From Longimicrobiales bacterium (GTDB taxonomy: Bacteria; Gemmatimonadota; Gemmatimonadetes; Longimicrobiales; Gaopeijiaceae): a DNA stretch of 64,000 nucleotides. Each line of letters begins with the position of its first letter. Positions within the stretch are counted from its first letter, which is position 1. The translations under genes and the position numbers were made by a program. Below the pieces are notes generated by a model, which was given only the letters and a program-made list of their open reading frames with translations, was not told the origin of the DNA and did no database searches. Where the stretch lies: positions 448,001 through 512,000 of the forward strand of contig CBDCNQ010000004.1 in assembly GCA_965219445.1 (NCBI GenBank), given 5' to 3'. Of this stretch, positions 9,691 through 19,679 are shown piece by piece.

Positions 9691-11784
9691 ATGACAACTC
9701 GACATCGGAGCACTTCAGGCGTCCTTGCTCTCGCGATCGCACTCGGCGTCGCGATGCCGGGATCCGCGCAGCTCACGGGCCTCGAGAACGGAGAGTGGCG
9801 TTACCTAATCGGCGACGCTGGCGCCACCCGGTCCAATCCACAGCTGACCCAGATCAATGCCTCCAACTTCGATGACCTGGAGGTGACTTGGATCTGGCGG
9901 GGCGACAACGCCGGGCCGTCACCCGCGTACACGTCGCGGGCGGTCCCGATCTACGTAGACGGGATTCTGTACACCGTGTCGGGCAGCCGCCGCCAGGTCG
10001 TTGCGATCGATCCGGCGACGGGAGAGACGGTCTGGATGTTCCGTGAGCCCAACACCACGAGGTTCATGCGGTCGCCCAGGGCGGCGCACGGAAAGGGCGT
10101 CGCTTATGGGGAAATAGACGGACGAGGCGTGATCTACATCACGACGCCTGCGTTCTTCATGTGGGCCCTGGACGCCAAGACGGGGCTGCCCCTGGAGAAC
10201 TGGGGCTCGCCCGTACCGCTCGATGACTTCGCGCAAACGGGGGTCGTCGACCTGATCCCGGACCTCATCGGGGATTGGGGGCCGTGGCAGGACTACGTGG
10301 CCGCGGGGGGGACCTACGACCCGGACTATGGGATTCCCAGGGAGCTGGGGATGGTCACGAGCTCCTCGCCCCCGATCATCGTGAACGACGTCATCGTGGC
10401 GCAGACCGCCCACGAGCCCGCTTACAGCCAACGCCGGATCGAGAACGTCCCGGGCGACCTCTCGGGTTACGACGCCAGGACCGGACAGCAGCTTTGGAAG
10501 TTCCACGTCGCGCCGCGGCCCGGTGAGTTCGGCAACGACACCTGGGAGAACGACGCCTGGCGGTGGTCGGGGAACATGGGCCAGTGGGCTCCCGCGTCCG
10601 CCGATCCGGAGCTCGGGCTCGTATACTTCGTCACGAACGCCTCGACGATCCAGTCCTACACGGGCCATCGCCCGGGGGACAACCTCTTTGGCGGGAGCGT
10701 CATCGCGCTGGATGTCCAGACAGGGGAGCGTAGGTGGCACTTCCAGATCCACCACAGCGACCGCTGGAATTACGACCTTCCGGCCGCGCCGATCCTGCTG
10801 GACCTCACGGTGGACGGGCAGGAGATCCCGGCGCTGATCCAGAACACCAAGCAGGGGCTCGTCTTCGCGTTCAACCGGGAGACCGGGGAGCCGATCTGGC
10901 CCATCGAGGAGCGACCGGTTCCTCAGACGCAGGTCCCGGGCGACTGGACGTCACCGACGCAGCCCTATCCGACCCTTCCGTCGCCCCTGGATTCGATTGT
11001 CATCGACGGTCTGACTGACAAGTACATCATGGACTACACCCCGGATCTGGAGGCGCAGGCGCAGATCATCCGGAGTCAGTACCATATAGGTGGAACCTAC
11101 GCGCCGCCGCTCCCCTTCGATCACACGAACGATTACCGAGCCATGATCAACTGCGGCATGGGGGGCCTCAACATTCCCACCCCGGCAGTCGCGGATCCCA
11201 CGACGGGAATCATGTACGCCTCGCACTCCCGGAGGTGCGGAACCTCGGGTTTCCTGAGGCCCACGGAGGAGGAGGACCTCAGGGATTTCACCGCATTGCT
11301 GCCCGGCGCGAGATCCACGCCCACTACGGGCGTTAGGCCGGTTCCCTGGCTGCCCGGCGACGGCCCCCGCTTAGAGACCATAGATGGTCTGCCGATCTAC
11401 AAGCCCTACAGCGGGATCGTCGCTATCGACATGAACACGGGCACAAAGCTCTGGGACGTCCCCGTCGGCGAGACACCTGACAACATCCTCAACCACCCCC
11501 TCCTGGCAGGAGTGGACGTTCCCCGTACGGGAGCGGGAGGGGGCGGCATCCAGATGGTCATGGGCGATCTCCTGCTCCAGACCGCCCGGGGAGGCGGCGC
11601 CGGACCTGGCTCGGTCCTGAACGCCCGCGACAAGCGGACGGGTCAGGTCGTCGCCATGACCGAGCTCCCGACGCCCGGCCAGTACGGGATGATGTCGTTC
11701 ATGCACGAAGGCAAGCAGTACATCGTAGTGAACGTGAGCAGCGGAGACGTGCCAGGCGGCTATGTCGCGCTGACGCTTCCCTGA
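9691..11784 (+). CDS. PQQ-dependent dehydrogenase (soluble quinoprotein glucose dehydrogenase-like beta-propeller)
   Basis: Signal peptide; QINASN..DLEV.W, SSSPP, DPELGLVY, RPGDNLF, WHFQ..H.D.WNYD, GEPIWPIEERPVP; AGGAGG RBS. Confidence 0.9.
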   Translation: MTTRHRSTSGVLALAIALGVAMPGSAQLTGLENGEWRYLIGDAGATRSNPQLTQINASNFDDLEVTWIWRGDNAGPSPAYTSRAVPIYVDGILYTVSGSRRQVVAIDPATGETVWMFREPNTTRFMRSPRAAHGKGVAYGEIDGRGVIYITTPAFFMWALDAKTGLPLENWGSPVPLDDFAQTGVVDLIPDLIGDWGPWQDYVAAGGTYDPDYGIPRELGMVTSSSPPIIVNDVIVAQTAHEPAYSQRRIENVPGDLSGYDARTGQQLWKFHVAPRPGEFGNDTWENDAWRWSGNMGQWAPASADPELGLVYFVTNASTIQSYTGHRPGDNLFGGSVIALDVQTGERRWHFQIHHSDRWNYDLPAAPILLDLTVDGQEIPALIQNTKQGLVFAFNRETGEPIWPIEERPVPQTQVPGDWTSPTQPYPTLPSPLDSIVIDGLTDKYIMDYTPDLEAQAQIIRSQYHIGGTYAPPLPFDHTNDYRAMINCGMGGLNIPTPAVADPTTGIMYASHSRRCGTSGFLRPTEEEDLRDFTALLPGARSTPTTGVRPVPWLPGDGPRLETIDGLPIYKPYSGIVAIDMNTGTKLWDVPVGETPDNILNHPLLAGVDVPRTGAGGGGIQMVMGDLLLQTARGGGAGPGSVLNARDKRTGQVVAMTELPTPGQYGMMSFMHEGKQYIVVNVSSGDVPGGYVALTLP

Positions 11785-11858
11785 GCCCAGATCGTCCGAA
11801 CTCCGGCGGCGAGGTCGCCGGGGAGGCCATGCGTACCTGAGCGTCTCAAATGTGAGAC

Positions 11859-11900
11859 GCGCCGGGCTCCGGGATTCATACCCGGGGCCCGGCGCTTTTT
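11859..11900 (+). terminator. Rho-independent terminator after the PQQ dehydrogenase gene
   Basis: 15-bp GC stem (11859-11873 / 11881-11895), 7-nt loop, followed by TTTTT. Confidence 0.8.
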
Positions 11901-12849
11901 ATGGCCCCGCAGGCGAGGGTCGGCTGATTGCCAGCCGGAAACCGATGAATGAGCGCCGGGCACCTGGATCGGCGCCTCCGCGGATTGCTGCGCGCACGTT
12001 CCGCTCGCGATCGGCGAACGACCCGCCCCGCATGACCCAGAGGGCGTCCTCCCTCAGGTCGGTGGGACTCGCGCCCCCGTTGTAGGGAGCAGCCCGGAAG
12101 GGAGTGCGGGTCCATTCCCACACATTCCCCGCCATGTCGGCGAGGCCGTGGGGGCATTCCGGACAGGGAAGACTTCCAACCGGCTGGGTGCCCCCGCTCA
12201 TGAAATTGGCTCGGTCCCGCCGCGGCTCATCTCCCCAGGTATAGATCCGTCCGTCGGTGCCCCGAGCCGCCTTCTCCCATTCGGCCTCCGTGGGAAGGGT
12301 GACCCGCCAGCCTTCCCCGAGGAGACGGGCCAACTCGGCGGGCGTTTCCCGAGACTCCCGCAGCTGCCCCTCGAGCCAGCGCACGTAGCTCAAGGCGTCA
12401 GTCCACGAGACGGCGACCACCGGATGGTCCGCGAGTCCGGCGACGGCCGCGGGGTCGGCGCGGTACCCAGTCGCTTCCACGAACGCACGGAACTGCGCTA
12501 CGGTCACCTCGTACCGGCCGACGTAGAGGGTGGGAAGCTCCACCGTCGCTCGGCCCCCGGTGTCCAGCCAATGCTCGTTGTCGAAAGCGAGGGGATCGAG
12601 ACCCGGGTCGCTCCCCATGAGGAACGGGCCAGCGGGGATCTCCACGAACCCCAGGAGTTCCTCGGCCGCCAGGAACCATGCGTCGGCTCGGAACCGCGAA
12701 AGATCACTGGTGCCCGCCATCGGAGGCAGGGGCGGCTCGTCTGAGGTGGGCCGGAACGTCCAGACGGCGCCCACCAGCGTCAGCACCGCCAGGAAGATCG
12801 CACCTCCGCCCTGCCAGGCCGGACGAGCGGAGGAGCGCGCCTCGATCAT
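11899..12849 (-). CDS. FGE-sulfatase (SUMF1/EgtB/PvdO-fold) domain protein with an N-terminal TM anchor
   Basis: IPAGPFLMGS, GRYEVTVAQF, HPVV.VSW, LPTEAEWEKAARG, DMAGNVWEW, RGGS...GFRL. The catalytic Cys pair of true FGE after RGGS is absent. ATG 12849 chosen; the ORF track extends to 12906. Confidence 0.88.
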   Translation of the reverse strand: MIEARSSARPAWQGGGAIFLAVLTLVGAVWTFRPTSDEPPLPPMAGTSDLSRFRADAWFLAAEELLGFVEIPAGPFLMGSDPGLDPLAFDNEHWLDTGGRATVELPTLYVGRYEVTVAQFRAFVEATGYRADPAAVAGLADHPVVAVSWTDALSYVRWLEGQLRESRETPAELARLLGEGWRVTLPTEAEWEKAARGTDGRIYTWGDEPRRDRANFMSGGTQPVGSLPCPECPHGLADMAGNVWEWTRTPFRAAPYNGGASPTDLREDALWVMRGGSFADRERNVRAAIRGGADPGARRSFIGFRLAISRPSPAGP

Positions 12850-12863
12850 CGCTCTGTCATGGG

Positions 12864-14489
12864 TCAGAGCGACCGGAGCGCTAGGGCTGCGCACGCGAAG
12901 TCCCACTGATGATCGCAGGCCCGCGCGTAGAGCTCCGGCTCCGGCATGTCCAGAAGAGTGGCTTTGCCTTCACGCACCAACAGCCTCAAGTCCAGGGTCC
13001 GAGGGGGGGCGACGGCGAGGCCTTCCGGCTCCAGGAGGTTCAGGCAACCAGGTTGGAAGCGGGCCTCGCAGGCGCGGGTGAAATACCCCCGCGACAGCTC
13101 CGGATCAGGATCCGCGATCCGCCCTTCCGCAAGATGCCGCCCCAGCTCGTTGCAGGCCCAGCCGGAGTTGTCAACGCAGTAGGAGTACTCGACGTCAAGC
13201 AATCGGTCGCACGCCTTGCGCCGGCCCTCCTCGCAGGCCTGCTCCCAGAAGGGCACGCTGTGTCCCGTGTGGCGGCCGTCCGTTCGTCCGGTCGCGGTCA
13301 TCAGGATGAAGAACGGGATCCAGAGGGCCATATGGGCCAGGTTCAGCCGGGCGGGAGGCCACACGGGACGCATGCCGCCCCACCACGCCGTGCCCTGGAT
13401 CGTGCGTGCGAGGCGGTCGATCTGTTGGACGCTCAAGTTCAGGAGAGGGACGGCCAGCAGCTTGTCGTAGAACCTTGGGGCACCGATCACGTCCAGCCCG
13501 GCGAAAAGAGCGAAGACGCTGACCCCGTACAGGAGCCCAAAGACCGCCTTTCCGAGAGGGGTGCGGGGCGAGGTGGAGGGGTCCGTCACCAGTAGATAGA
13601 GCCCGAGGAAGACCGCGCTGGGGATCTCCGAATCGATGAAGTAAGGAACTCCGGTCACCGTGAAGTACCCTGCGCTCCAACCGAAGAGCACCACGGCGGC
13701 GAGTCCGGAGACGAGAGTGATCGAGAAGTTGTACATCGCGATCAGGCCGATCACGAAGAGAAACGTGTAGATGCCCGGCGCCATGCTCAGCGTGGACGCG
13801 ATCTCCTGGCCCCAGGTGAGATCCGTCGCGTTCATGGCGATCAATACCACCGAGAAGAGCCCCAACGAAAAGGCGGAGGGGTTGAAGATGTGCACCCGCC
13901 GGCCCTCCCGCGTCCAGCGCACGAACTCCTTGCCCAGGAACCCTACCGCGATCATCAGGAACTGCAGGTAAAACCAGTCGTCATGGAACCAGAGGAAGAG
14001 GTTCGTGCTGAGCACGATCGGGAAGACGCCGAACCCCAGGGCGTACGGCTGACGGCGGGACCACGCGAGGAGAATCCCGAAGGCGTAGGCGAAGAGGAGC
14101 TGTGCGAGCAGGAGCCACGCGTGCTCGTAGACCGGCCTCCAGTACCACCCCCAGTATCCGAACACGGAGAGCTGGAGGCATGCCTGAAGGTAATGCTGTG
14201 CTCGCAGGACAATCGAAAAGGCTGGGGTAGTGCGCTCCTCCTTCATCCCGAGGAAGAGCCATGCCTGCCAAGCCAGGAGCGCGCCCACTGAGGCGAAGAC
14301 CGACCCCACCAGGACGGGATGGTCTCGAACCCGCTCCACGAACGCGATAGGGACGAGGGCGAGGGTGAAGGACAGCGGAACCCAGAAGTGTCGACTCGGA
14401 GGTGCCGCCAGCGCAGGGGCTGCCTCGGCTGCTCGCTGCTTCTCTTGTCGGCGCTCCTTCCCAGGGGGCCGGGAACTTGTGGGCACCAT
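12864..14489 (-). CDS. RnfD/NqrB-like (UnbU-like) polytopic membrane protein with C-terminal Cys-rich Sel1-like repeats
   Basis: HIFNPSAF and LVTDPSTSP motifs resemble RnfD/NqrB/UnbU; about 12 TM segments; C-terminal repeated 'RAC..G...AC..L' units. Confidence 0.7.
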   Translation of the reverse strand: MVPTSSRPPGKERRQEKQRAAEAAPALAAPPSRHFWVPLSFTLALVPIAFVERVRDHPVLVGSVFASVGALLAWQAWLFLGMKEERTTPAFSIVLRAQHYLQACLQLSVFGYWGWYWRPVYEHAWLLLAQLLFAYAFGILLAWSRRQPYALGFGVFPIVLSTNLFLWFHDDWFYLQFLMIAVGFLGKEFVRWTREGRRVHIFNPSAFSLGLFSVVLIAMNATDLTWGQEIASTLSMAPGIYTFLFVIGLIAMYNFSITLVSGLAAVVLFGWSAGYFTVTGVPYFIDSEIPSAVFLGLYLLVTDPSTSPRTPLGKAVFGLLYGVSVFALFAGLDVIGAPRFYDKLLAVPLLNLSVQQIDRLARTIQGTAWWGGMRPVWPPARLNLAHMALWIPFFILMTATGRTDGRHTGHSVPFWEQACEEGRRKACDRLLDVEYSYCVDNSGWACNELGRHLAEGRIADPDPELSRGYFTRACEARFQPGCLNLLEPEGLAVAPPRTLDLRLLVREGKATLLDMPEPELYARACDHQWDFACAALALRSL

Positions 14490-14694
14490 CAGTCCTCAAC
14501 GGGCTGGAGATTCCCCCTCGGTGCTCTAGTAGCGTGCACTGAAGGCGTTCTGGTGAACCGTTTCACGCTAGTCGACGGAAGGCGAGGGAGCAAACCCGAC
14601 CGTTGCTAGCACCTATGCCTCGCTAGAAGAACCCCGATGAACGATGCGATGATAGAAGAACGTGACCGGGCGATGCTCGTCCGAGCGGAGTGGG

Positions 14695-14991
14695 TCACCA
14701 TGGAGGGCCGCTGGAACGGGGGGAAGCGGGAGGAGCGAAGCCGTGCGCCAGAATACCGCAACACAGGTAGGCCCGGAAGTCTCGCTCAACCCATGAGGGG
14801 ACGCCGTCCCCCATGGGGTCCGCCTCGGCGGCCTGCGCGAGGAAGGTCTCAAGGTGATGTTGCACCAGCGGGTAGAGCGGCTTCTGGGTAGGGCGGAGGA
14901 GGAGGAAGACGGACCCACGGCTCGGCGCCGTGGGCGGATGGGGTGGGTGTGATCGAGGGCTGACTCGTACACGGCGTGGCGTGGGGTGCAT
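14695..14991 (-). mobile_element. Remnant of an IS91/ISCR-like (Y2 HUH) transposase N-terminus
   Basis: Translation PTQKPLYPLVQHHLETFLAQ...GVPSWVERDFRAYLCCGILAHGFA matches the segment preceding the zinc-binding region of IS91-family transposases; it breaks off right after GILAHGFA. Confidence 0.75.
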
Positions 14992-15142
14992 CCCGGACCG
15001 TGAGGCGAGTGCGGTGGCATCAACATGGCTGGACCGGACGAATGCTCGGCAGCCCGAGGGATCGCCTCCCCTCGCCGCGCCGGAAAAAAGACCGCTTTAG
15101 CGCAAGGGGGGGCAGCTTCCAAAAGCCCGACATGATGGTTCT

Positions 15143-15247
15143 GGAGCGCTGTCTCACTCCGTCGAGCGGGCGTCTGGGAGCGCAGGGTGGGGGCGAGGGG
15201 GCCGGGACCGCGGACAGCAGCCCCGAGACGGAGTGAGACGGCGCTCC
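15143..15247. repeat. 105-bp element bounded by 21-bp inverted repeats
   Basis: GGAGCGCTGTCTCACTCCGTC (15143-15163) versus GACGGAGTGAGACGGCGCTCC (15227-15247): 20/21 complementary. Confidence 0.8.
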
Positions 15248-15258
15248 CACCACGCGTG

Positions 15259-16557
15259 TCAGGGCACCAACCGGTTCACGAGCCGCGGAAACGGAATCAA
15301 CTCCCGCACGTGAGGGCGCCCCGTGAGCCAAGCCACGGTCCGTTCCAGCCCGAGCCCGAAGCCTGAGTGGGTGAAGGTTCCATATCGCCTCAGGTCCAAA
15401 TACCAGGAATACGTCTCCTCTGGAAGCTTTTCCTCCCGGATCCGGGCCAACAGCTTGTCGGGATCGTCTTCACGCTGACTCCCTCCGATGAGCTCACCGT
15501 ATCCGCGCACGAGCAGGTCGTTACATCGAACCGTTCTCGGGTCGTCCGGATTTTCCTTCATGTAGAAGGCTTTCACGGCCTTGGGGTAGTCATGGACGAA
15601 GACAGGCTGATCAAACTGCTCGGTCAGCAACATTTCGTCAGGCGCCCCCAGATCGCGACCCCACTCGATCTCGCTTCCCTTCTCCCGTAGAAGGTCCACG
15701 GCATCCGTGTAGGAGATGCGCGCGAAGGGGGAGGCGATCGTCTCCAACTCCGATGTGTCGCGCTCCAGCACCGCGAGCTCATGGCTGCACCGATCGAGCA
15801 CCCACTCCACGAGGTAGCAGGTCAAGTCCTCTTGGAGGCGCATGTTGTCATCGGAGTCGGCGAACGCAACCTCCGGCTCGAGCATCCAGAATTCGGTCAG
15901 GTGTCGCCGTGTCTTGGATTTTTCAGCCCGGAACGTAGGGCCGAAGCAGTACACCTTCCGGAAAGCGGGGCATGCCGTCTCGACGTACAGCTGACCGGTC
16001 TGTGCCAAGAAGGCTGGCTCACCGAAGTAGTCGGCCTCGAACAGCGTGCCTGCGGACTCGCCGATCGAGCCGGTAAGGATAGGGGTGTCGATGCGGACGA
16101 AGTCCCGATCATAGAAGAAGTCGTTTATGGCCTGCTCGACTTCGTGACGGACGCGTAGACCCGCGCGCTGGAGGGTCGACCGGAGCCAGAGGTGCCGGTG
16201 GTCCAGGAGGAACTCGACGCCGTGCTCCTTGGGCTGGATCGGGTACTCCTCCGAAGCTCCGAGCAACTCCATACCCGTCACGCCGACCTCATACCCGCCC
16301 GGTGCGCGCGCTTCCTCGCGTACCTCTCCGGTGAGCGCCACAGAGCATTCCTGGGTGAGTGTGTCCAACAGGGCCCAGGTGTCCTCCTGAAGCTCCTTCT
16401 TGAGGAGCACGCCCTGCACCAGTCCCGTGCCGTCCCGTAGAATGACGAAGCCGACCTTCCCATGGCTGCGGGTACTTTCGACCCATCCGAGAAGGGTGAC
16501 CGACGTCCCTACATGGTCGCCGAGGGACCCGACTTCCGTGATGTCTTCCTGACTCAT
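15259..16557 (-). CDS. asnS: Asparagine--tRNA ligase
   Basis: OB-fold GWV...LRDGTG; RHLWLRS; LAQTGQLY; FGPTFRAEKSKTRRHLTEFWMLEPE; GELIGGSQRE; HSGFGLGLER. Confidence 0.96.
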   Translation of the reverse strand: MSQEDITEVGSLGDHVGTSVTLLGWVESTRSHGKVGFVILRDGTGLVQGVLLKKELQEDTWALLDTLTQECSVALTGEVREEARAPGGYEVGVTGMELLGASEEYPIQPKEHGVEFLLDHRHLWLRSTLQRAGLRVRHEVEQAINDFFYDRDFVRIDTPILTGSIGESAGTLFEADYFGEPAFLAQTGQLYVETACPAFRKVYCFGPTFRAEKSKTRRHLTEFWMLEPEVAFADSDDNMRLQEDLTCYLVEWVLDRCSHELAVLERDTSELETIASPFARISYTDAVDLLREKGSEIEWGRDLGAPDEMLLTEQFDQPVFVHDYPKAVKAFYMKENPDDPRTVRCNDLLVRGYGELIGGSQREDDPDKLLARIREEKLPEETYSWYLDLRRYGTFTHSGFGLGLERTVAWLTGRPHVRELIPFPRLVNRLVP

Positions 16558-16647
16558 ATCGCTCGATCACTAGAAGGCTGTTGGAGCAATGCAGTCGCTC
16601 GACTCATTGAACGTTGAGTGTTCGCGACCGGCCGGAGAGTAGTCGGG

Positions 16648-18738
16648 TTACCCAACCGAGAAAAGCTTCAGACGTTCAGAGTACCGATGATCCATCAATT
16701 CCCTGATCCGAGTGACCCCCTCGCCCCTCAACTCCGGGTCGGTCTCGACCAGGGCACGTGCCCGGTCTTGGGCCTCCACGAGCAAGCCCTCATCCCTCGA
16801 CAGGTCGGCGAACCGTAGAATAGGATCCCGTCCGTGCTGTTGTGCGCCGAAGAGGTCTCCCTGCCCTCGTATACGCAGGTCGGCGTGTGCCACGGCAAAG
16901 CCGTCGGACGTGTCTCTGAAAATCTTCAGTCGCTCGGCTGCTGCCTCGCCCGGTTCGGCGATGAGCACGCAGTAGCTCCTTGCGGCCCCACGCCCCACTC
17001 GGCCCCTCAGCTGGTGAAGTTGTGACAGTCCGAAGCGCTCGGCGTGCTCCACCACCATGACCGACGCGTTGGGCACATCGATACCGACCTCGATCACGGT
17101 CGTCGCGACCAGAACGTCCAGATGCCCGGCAAGAAACGCCCGCATCACTTGATCCTTCTCCGCGCTGGACCGTTGTCCGTGAATCAGCCCTACCCGTCGG
17201 TGCTGGAAGGCCTCGGCCGAGAGCCGCTCGTACTCTTCGGTGGCGGACCGCAGGTCCATCTTCTCCGACTCCTCCACCAGCGGATAAACGATGTAGGCCT
17301 GGCGCCCCGCCTCGATTTCCTCGTCCACGAAGCGGTGGACTTCTTTTCGCTGGCTAGGATACCGGAGTAACGTCTTCACGGGCTTCCGACCCGGGGGCAT
17401 CTCGTCGAGAAGGGAAAGATCGAGATCCCCGTATAGCGTCATCGCCAGTGACCTGGGGATCGGCGTCGCCGACATGATGAGGGTATCCGGCGGGGTTTTG
17501 CGGTCTCCCAAGGCCATCCGCTGTCTGACACCGAAGCGATGTTGTTCGTCGACCACCACCAAACCGAGGTTCCGAAACTCGACCCCCTCTTGGATGAGGG
17601 CGTGCGTGCCCACGGTGAGCGACGCGGTACCATCGCGCAGTGCCTCCAGCGCCTTCTTGCGCTCCGAGGTCTGGAGCTGGCCCGTGAGTATTTGGACGTT
17701 CAAGCCGAGAGGCGCAACCAACTCGCTCATCCGGCTCAAGTGCTGCTCCGCGAGCAACTCCGTCGGTGCCATGAGGACAGCCTGGCGTCCACTCTCCACG
17801 GCCAGGAGCATGGCAAAGAGAGCCACGATCGTTTTGCCTGATCCCACATCCCCTTGCACGAGCCGGTTCATCCTCCGGCTCGAGCCCATATCTGCGTAGA
17901 TCTCGCGGAGTACCCTCGCCTGTGCGGCTGTCAACTTGAAGGGCAACGCCTCGTGCAGGGGCCGGATGAGCTCGTTGGTCCGCTCGAACACGAGTCCCGG
18001 TTTCTTGGCAGTTTCTTGGTAACGAACTTGGGCCTGCACGAGCTGGAGGAAGAACAACTCGTCGAAAGCGAGGCGCCGCCGGGCAGCCTCCACGGCCCCC
18101 AACGAGGATGGCCGGTGAAGCGCCCCAAGGGCCTCACGGAGGCCCGGCAGGGAAAGCTTCATCCGCTCCTCTCCGCCTAGATACTCTTCCTCGCTCACCT
18201 CCTTGAGGAGCACGTCGAGGTTCTTCTCAAACAGACCCCTGAGGATCCACTGCGGAACCTCCTCACTCGCCGGATACGTCGAAAAGACATGCCCCTGGGC
18301 CACCGCAGCCGGTGCATCGTCCGAGGCCCGGGCCAACACCGTGAATTCTCGGGGCTGAAGCTGCCTCCCGTGGAAGAACTTCACGGGCCCTGTCACCAAC
18401 AGGAGATCCCCTTCCTGAAGCTTCCGCTCCAGCCAGGGCTGCCCGGGCCAAGCACACGTGATCAGGCCCGACTCGTCCTCCAAGACGGCTTGAAAGATAC
18501 GGAGGCCCTTTCTCGTGGGGATGACGCCCTTCGAGCGCACCCGCCCGACAGCCGTGACGTCCGTACCGACCTGCAGTCGCTCGATCGGCTCGATCGTGGA
18601 GGCGTCGTCGTAGCGCCGCGGCACGTGGTAGAGGAGGTCGCGGGCAGTCACGATTCCCATCCGCCCCAGCGCTCCGGCGCGAACCGGCCCCACCCCCTTC
18701 AGAAACTGGACCGGTCTGTCCAGCCTGAAAAAGCTCAC
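16648..18738 (-). CDS. recG: ATP-dependent DNA helicase RecG
   Basis: LKGVGP, RRLAFDE, MNRLVQGDVGSGKT, DEQHRFGV, MSATPIPRSL, QLHQLRGRVGRG. Confidence 0.97.
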   Translation of the reverse strand: MSFFRLDRPVQFLKGVGPVRAGALGRMGIVTARDLLYHVPRRYDDASTIEPIERLQVGTDVTAVGRVRSKGVIPTRKGLRIFQAVLEDESGLITCAWPGQPWLERKLQEGDLLLVTGPVKFFHGRQLQPREFTVLARASDDAPAAVAQGHVFSTYPASEEVPQWILRGLFEKNLDVLLKEVSEEEYLGGEERMKLSLPGLREALGALHRPSSLGAVEAARRRLAFDELFFLQLVQAQVRYQETAKKPGLVFERTNELIRPLHEALPFKLTAAQARVLREIYADMGSSRRMNRLVQGDVGSGKTIVALFAMLLAVESGRQAVLMAPTELLAEQHLSRMSELVAPLGLNVQILTGQLQTSERKKALEALRDGTASLTVGTHALIQEGVEFRNLGLVVVDEQHRFGVRQRMALGDRKTPPDTLIMSATPIPRSLAMTLYGDLDLSLLDEMPPGRKPVKTLLRYPSQRKEVHRFVDEEIEAGRQAYIVYPLVEESEKMDLRSATEEYERLSAEAFQHRRVGLIHGQRSSAEKDQVMRAFLAGHLDVLVATTVIEVGIDVPNASVMVVEHAERFGLSQLHQLRGRVGRGAARSYCVLIAEPGEAAAERLKIFRDTSDGFAVAHADLRIRGQGDLFGAQQHGRDPILRFADLSRDEGLLVEAQDRARALVETDPELRGEGVTRIRELMDHRYSERLKLFSVG

Positions 18739-19658
18739 TCCTCGAAGACCCCCTCCACGAAGTCGTCGGGATCGAAGTCGGACAGATCCTCGATTCCCTC
18801 TCCGGATCCTACGAGCTTGACCGGCAGCCCGAACTCTTGCTGAAGACCCACCACGATACCGCCCCTCGCCGTGCCATCCAACTTGGTCAGGATGATCCCG
18901 GAGAGATCAACCGCCTCGCTGAACGAGCGCACCTGGGCCACCGAGTTCTGGCCGACCGTCGCATCCAAAACGATCAAGCTTTCCTGGGGAGCTCCCTCGC
19001 ATTGCCGGCGAATCACTCGATCGACCTTCTGGAGTTCCTCCATGAGGTTGCGCTGGGTGTGAAGGCGTCCAGCGGTATCCACCAGAACGACGTCCACCCC
19101 GCGGGCGGTGGCAGCCGCGATTGCGTCGAACACCACCGCGGCCGCGTCGCCACCCTGTTGACCTGCCACGAACTCCGCCCCCACCCGCTCCGCCCAAACA
19201 CGAAGCTGCTCCACAGCGCCCGCCCTGAACGTGTCGGCTGCGGCGATCATCACGCTGCGGCCCTGACCCCGGATACGGTGTGCCAGCTTGGCCACGGAGG
19301 TCGTCTTGCCTACCCCGTTCACGCCAATGATCAGGTAGACGGTCGTGCCGGTATCCGCCAGCTGAAGATAGGAAGAAGCGGCCGGCTCCAGGATCCGGCC
19401 GATCTCGTCCGTCAGGGCACACCTCAATTCCGGACCGCCCGACACTCTACCCCTGCGTGCGAGCGAATCGACATGATCGACGAGCCTCATCGTGGCGTTC
19501 ACGCCGAAATCAGCCGCGAGAAGGCGCTCCTCCAGTGATTCCAATGTCTCGTGGTCGACTCCCCCCACGGCGACCCGGACATCGGTCAGGGCCAGGTCGA
19601 CCGCCCGTCTCCAGAGGCCCTTCTTCTTCTCGCTGCCTCGTTTGAACAATCGAGCCAT
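18735..19658 (-). CDS. ftsY: Signal recognition particle receptor FtsY
   Basis: GVNGVGKTT, DTFRAGAVEQL, DTAGRLHT, TKLDGTARGG. Confidence 0.96.
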   Translation of the reverse strand: MARLFKRGSEKKKGLWRRAVDLALTDVRVAVGGVDHETLESLEERLLAADFGVNATMRLVDHVDSLARRGRVSGGPELRCALTDEIGRILEPAASSYLQLADTGTTVYLIIGVNGVGKTTSVAKLAHRIRGQGRSVMIAAADTFRAGAVEQLRVWAERVGAEFVAGQQGGDAAAVVFDAIAAATARGVDVVLVDTAGRLHTQRNLMEELQKVDRVIRRQCEGAPQESLIVLDATVGQNSVAQVRSFSEAVDLSGIILTKLDGTARGGIVVGLQQEFGLPVKLVGSGEGIEDLSDFDPDDFVEGVFEE

Positions 19659-19679
19659 CGTTTTCCCGGCTCCAGCGGC

